A DNA stretch of 64,000 bases. It comes from Patescibacteria group bacterium (GTDB lineage Bacteria > Patescibacteriota > Minisyncoccia > Phycocordibacterales > UBA9973). A program made the translations under genes and the position numbers. Below the pieces are notes generated by a model. The model did no database searches, had not been told where the DNA came from, and saw only the letters and a program-made list of their open reading frames with translations. Positions within the stretch are counted from its first letter, which is position 1. Every line of letters starts with the position of its first letter. Positions 61,072 through 64,000 of this stretch are shown one piece after another. Location: assembly GCA_028868715.1 (NCBI GenBank), contig JAGWUB010000001.1, positions 183,206-247,205 of the forward strand. Reading direction: 5' to 3'.

Positions 61072-61101
61072 ATAGCCGGCGACTTCATGTACGCCGGCTA
61101 T
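61072..61101 (+). terminator. Intrinsic terminator
   Basis: ATAGCCGGCG...CGCCGGCTAT. Confidence 0.7.
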
Positions 61102-61141
61102 CTCTATTTTTAATAGGTAAAATTTATGCTATAAATAATTT

Positions 61142-61783
61142 ATGCGTTTTCATATCATTACAATTTTTCCAGAGATGTTTGACTCTTATTTAAAAGAGTC
61201 TATTTTGGGACGGGCGATAAAGGATAAAAAAATATCTATCAAGTTTTACAATCCGATGGATTTTTGTAAACCTAAAGAGCGAGTAGATGCCAGACCCTAC
61301 GGTGGGGGTCCGGGAATGGTGCTACGCCCAGAATTTTTCTTAAAGGCATTTTCAAAGATAAGAATCAAAGACAAGAAGAAAACTAAAATAATTTTATTTT
61401 CTACATCTGGCAAAAAATTTACGACAAGTTATGCAAAGACGGCTGCCAAAAAATACACCGACATTATTTTAATCTCCGGTCGCTATGAAGGCATAGATGC
61501 CCGTGTGCAAAAAATTCTAAAAGCTGAAGAAATTTCAATCGGGGATTATGTGCTGACTGGTGGTGAGCTTCCAGCCATGATTTTGATCGATTCCATTTCT
61601 CGCCAAGTCAAAGGTGTTCTGGGTAAATACGAATCCTTAGAGGAAGAAAGAGTCTCAACTAGTGAAGTCTATACGCGACCAGAAATTTTGAAATACAAGG
61701 GAAAAAGCTATAAAGTTCCAAAAGTTTTACTATCTGGTAATCACAAACTTATTGAAAATTGGAAAAATAAAAGTAAAAAATAA
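61142..61783 (+). CDS. trmD: tRNA (guanine37-N1) methyltransferase
   Basis: ITIFPEMF, PYGGGPGMV, GRYEGIDAR, SIGDYVLTGGE, VPKVLLSGNH. Confidence 0.96.
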   Translation: MRFHIITIFPEMFDSYLKESILGRAIKDKKISIKFYNPMDFCKPKERVDARPYGGGPGMVLRPEFFLKAFSKIRIKDKKKTKIILFSTSGKKFTTSYAKTAAKKYTDIILISGRYEGIDARVQKILKAEEISIGDYVLTGGELPAMILIDSISRQVKGVLGKYESLEEERVSTSEVYTRPEILKYKGKSYKVPKVLLSGNHKLIENWKNKSKK

Positions 61784-61846
61784 AAAAAGCGGGATATGGA
61801 ATCAATGATATTCCATAATACCCGCCTTAAATTCTGCAAATTGATT

Positions 61847-62269
61847 TTAAAACTCAAAATCAAAAGGGAATGGCAGTAGCTCTTTGATTTGGAAGATTTT
61901 TATCTTACCAAATACATCTCCACAATATATCGGAACACTCCAAATACCATTGCAAAACTGCCAAATGTGCTGAAGACAGTTGCCACACGGAGTACCTCCA
62001 TCTTTAGTAACGATAGTCACAGCAGTAATGCATTTGCCTTGTGGCATTGAGGCCAACATTGCACTGATGGCACCGTATTCTCCATGACTACCTGTATACG
62101 CCGCGTTTTCGACGTTCACACCTTGGTGAAGATTGCCGTGTTCGTCTTTTATTACGGCACCAACTTTATAGCCTGAGTAGGGGGCGTAAGCTTGCGACAT
62201 GATTTTTTTCGCAAGCTTATACATTTCGTCAGGATCTTTTTCTAAATCCATTACATGAATTTCTAACAT
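61847..62269 (-). CDS. cdd: Cytidine deaminase
   Basis: AYAPYS.YKVGA, GVNVENAAY, HGE, PCGNC, LLPFPF. Confidence 0.88.
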   Translation of the reverse strand: MLEIHVMDLEKDPDEMYKLAKKIMSQAYAPYSGYKVGAVIKDEHGNLHQGVNVENAAYTGSHGEYGAISAMLASMPQGKCITAVTIVTKDGGTPCGNCLQHIWQFCNGIWSVPIYCGDVFGKIKIFQIKELLPFPFDFEF

Positions 62270-62524
62270 TGCAGTCTCCTTTTTGATTTAAACAATTTAA
62301 AGGCTGGCCACAAGGTGCCCAGCAATCTTACAAAGAGCTTTAAGATCTATTGACACCCTACATAAAAATCAGTTAAATTGCAAGCAAAAAAAAATAATAA
62401 TCCACAAGGAAAATTTGACTTTTTTCTGTGTATGAGTATACTATAGTAGATTCATTGATTGAGTTTTGGATGCAATCTCCTTATTAATTAAGTAAACAAA
62501 GGCTGTAAAAGCTTTTTTTGTATT

Positions 62525-64000
62525 ATGCATACTCAATCAAGCAAATCCTCATTGCCAAAAAAGTATTTTTCTAGGTATAAAAAGCCCCTAGTACCGTTTC
62601 CAGATTTAATTGAAGCTCAAGTAAAGAGTTTTAAGTGGTTGGTGGAGACCGGTATTGGCGAGGTATTTAAGGAGTTTTCTCCTATCAACGACTATTCCAG
62701 TAAAAAATTCCAACTGGATTTTTCTTCATTTTCACTCGAAGAATGCAAATACGACGAAAGCTACGCTAAAATAAATAAACTTTCATACAATGGAACCCTT
62801 AAGGCTCGCGTAAAATTAACGAATAAAATTTTGGGCACAGTGAAGGAACAGGAAATTTTCATGTCGGAAATTCCACTGATGACCACGCACGGAACTTTTA
62901 TTATAAATGGAGTGGAGCGTGTCATCGTGCCACAGTTGGCTCGAAGTTTTGGTGTTTTCTTTACCGGTTCTGAAACTAAAGGAAATAAATACTTTGGCGC
63001 TAAAATTATTCCAGCTCGTGGAGTTTGGATAGAAATAGAGTCAGAAGCTGATGGTGCAATTTATGTAAGAATAGATAAAAAAAGAAAATTCCCAGCTACC
63101 TCTCTTTTACGTGTCCTAGGATACGAAACCAATGAAATGATTTTAAAGGCATTTGGTGGCGACTCAGCTACCGAAGAAGCTCTAAAGGCTTGCTTTGCCA
63201 AAGACACAGCCAAGACCTTAAGTGAAGCTTATGTTGAAATTTATAAACGTCTTCGCGATGGAGACATGGCGACAGCTGACAATGCCAAGGAATTCATTAA
63301 CTCATTATTCACTAAAGAGCGCTACGACCTTTCTCCAGTTGGCCGTTTTAGATTCAATCAACGTTTCTCTAAGGGAATGGATGAAAAAGAAATGGCTCGC
63401 CGAACTATCTCCAAGGAAGATTTAGTAACGGTAATAAACAATATTATTGTCTTAAACAATACACCTGGAGCTTACAGTGACGATATAGATCACTTGGGCC
63501 AGAGACGTGTACGCTTTGTCGGAGAAATACTTCAGCAAAAAGTTCGTACCGGTATGATGCAAATCAAGAGAAATATTCAGGACCGAATGTCTATCATTGA
63601 CGTCGATACCGCAATGCCAATAGCTATCATAAATCAACGTCCACTCCAAGCTCGTATTAAAGAATTTTTCACTACCAACCAGCTTTCACAATTTATGGCA
63701 CAAGAAAATGTGCTTAATGAAATGGAGCATTTGCGTACCTTGTCAGCGCTTGGGCCCGGTGGACTTACCCGTGAACGTGCCGGACTAGAAGTTCGTGACG
63801 TACATCCAAGTCACTACGGCCGAGTTTGTCCGATTCACACACCTGAAGGTCCAAACATTGGTCTTATTTTACACCTTTCTACTTATGCAAAAATTAATGA
63901 ATTTGGAATTATTGAAACTCCTTATATCAAAGTAAAAAAGGGGATGATCACTGGAGAAGTTCAATATTTAAATGCGCTAGAAGAAGAAAAATACAACATT
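62525..64000 (+). CDS. rpoB: RNA polymerase beta subunit (3'-partial; absent from the ORF track)
   Basis: Translated by hand: PDLIEAQ..SFKW, GTFIINGVERVIV.QL.RS, DDIDHLG.RRVR, QLSQFM, LSALGPGGLTRERAG.EVRDVHPSHYGRVCPI.TPEGPNIGLI. Confidence 0.97.
   Translation, partial: MHTQSSKSSLPKKYFSRYKKPLVPFPDLIEAQVKSFKWLVETGIGEVFKEFSPINDYSSKKFQLDFSSFSLEECKYDESYAKINKLSYNGTLKARVKLTNKILGTVKEQEIFMSEIPLMTTHGTFIINGVERVIVPQLARSFGVFFTGSETKGNKYFGAKIIPARGVWIEIESEADGAIYVRIDKKRKFPATSLLRVLGYETNEMILKAFGGDSATEEALKACFAKDTAKTLSEAYVEIYKRLRDGDMATADNAKEFINSLFTKERYDLSPVGRFRFNQRFSKGMDEKEMARRTISKEDLVTVINNIIVLNNTPGAYSDDIDHLGQRRVRFVGEILQQKVRTGMMQIKRNIQDRMSIIDVDTAMPIAIINQRPLQARIKEFFTTNQLSQFMAQENVLNEMEHLRTLSALGPGGLTRERAGLEVRDVHPSHYGRVCPIHTPEGPNIGLILHLSTYAKINEFGIIETPYIKVKKGMITGEVQYLNALEEEKYNI

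Noticed and set aside
63222-63649. Two short ORFs at the window end
   Set aside because: They lie within rpoB, which the ORF track missed because it has no stop in the window.

Overview
AT-rich, gene-dense chromosome segment read in standard code 11. Gene content and style (type IV pilus/ComF cluster, short ThrRS, single-chain PheRS, SD-less near-leaderless housekeeping genes) point to a Patescibacteria/CPR (Parcubacteria-like) genome; this assignment is inference. The housekeeping genes run from secF, lemA, htpX and gatCA through ligA, truB, gyrB, thrS, rpmF, nusB, rnc, smc, rnr, rpsP, khpA and trmD to the 5' part of rpoB, with four tRNA genes. Main observations: (1) A ~10.45 kb integrative element (32523-42978) sits in the 3' end of tRNA-Ser(GGA). 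Its crossover core lies inside its own large serine recombinase gene, so excision would give the enzyme a different in-frame C-terminus, and integration supplies the tRNA's encoded CCA. It carries an HpaII-family R-M system, Vsr and an RloC-like ATPase-HEPN protein, and by manual reading lacks six palindromic 4-mers. (2) A 313-bp element consists only of a GIY-YIG nuclease gene between perfect 21-bp terminal inverted repeats with a 4-bp target duplication at a DnaA-box-like site. (3) The SMC is hingeless and has a Rad50-type CxxC near its apex. (4) One tRNA-Ser has the rare anticodon ACT. (5) A PilX-like pilin ends in a circularly permuted discoidin domain. (6) Several unannotated small-ORF cassettes have their own promoter, Shine-Dalgarno and terminator. 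All family calls come from motif recognition; no database searches were run.
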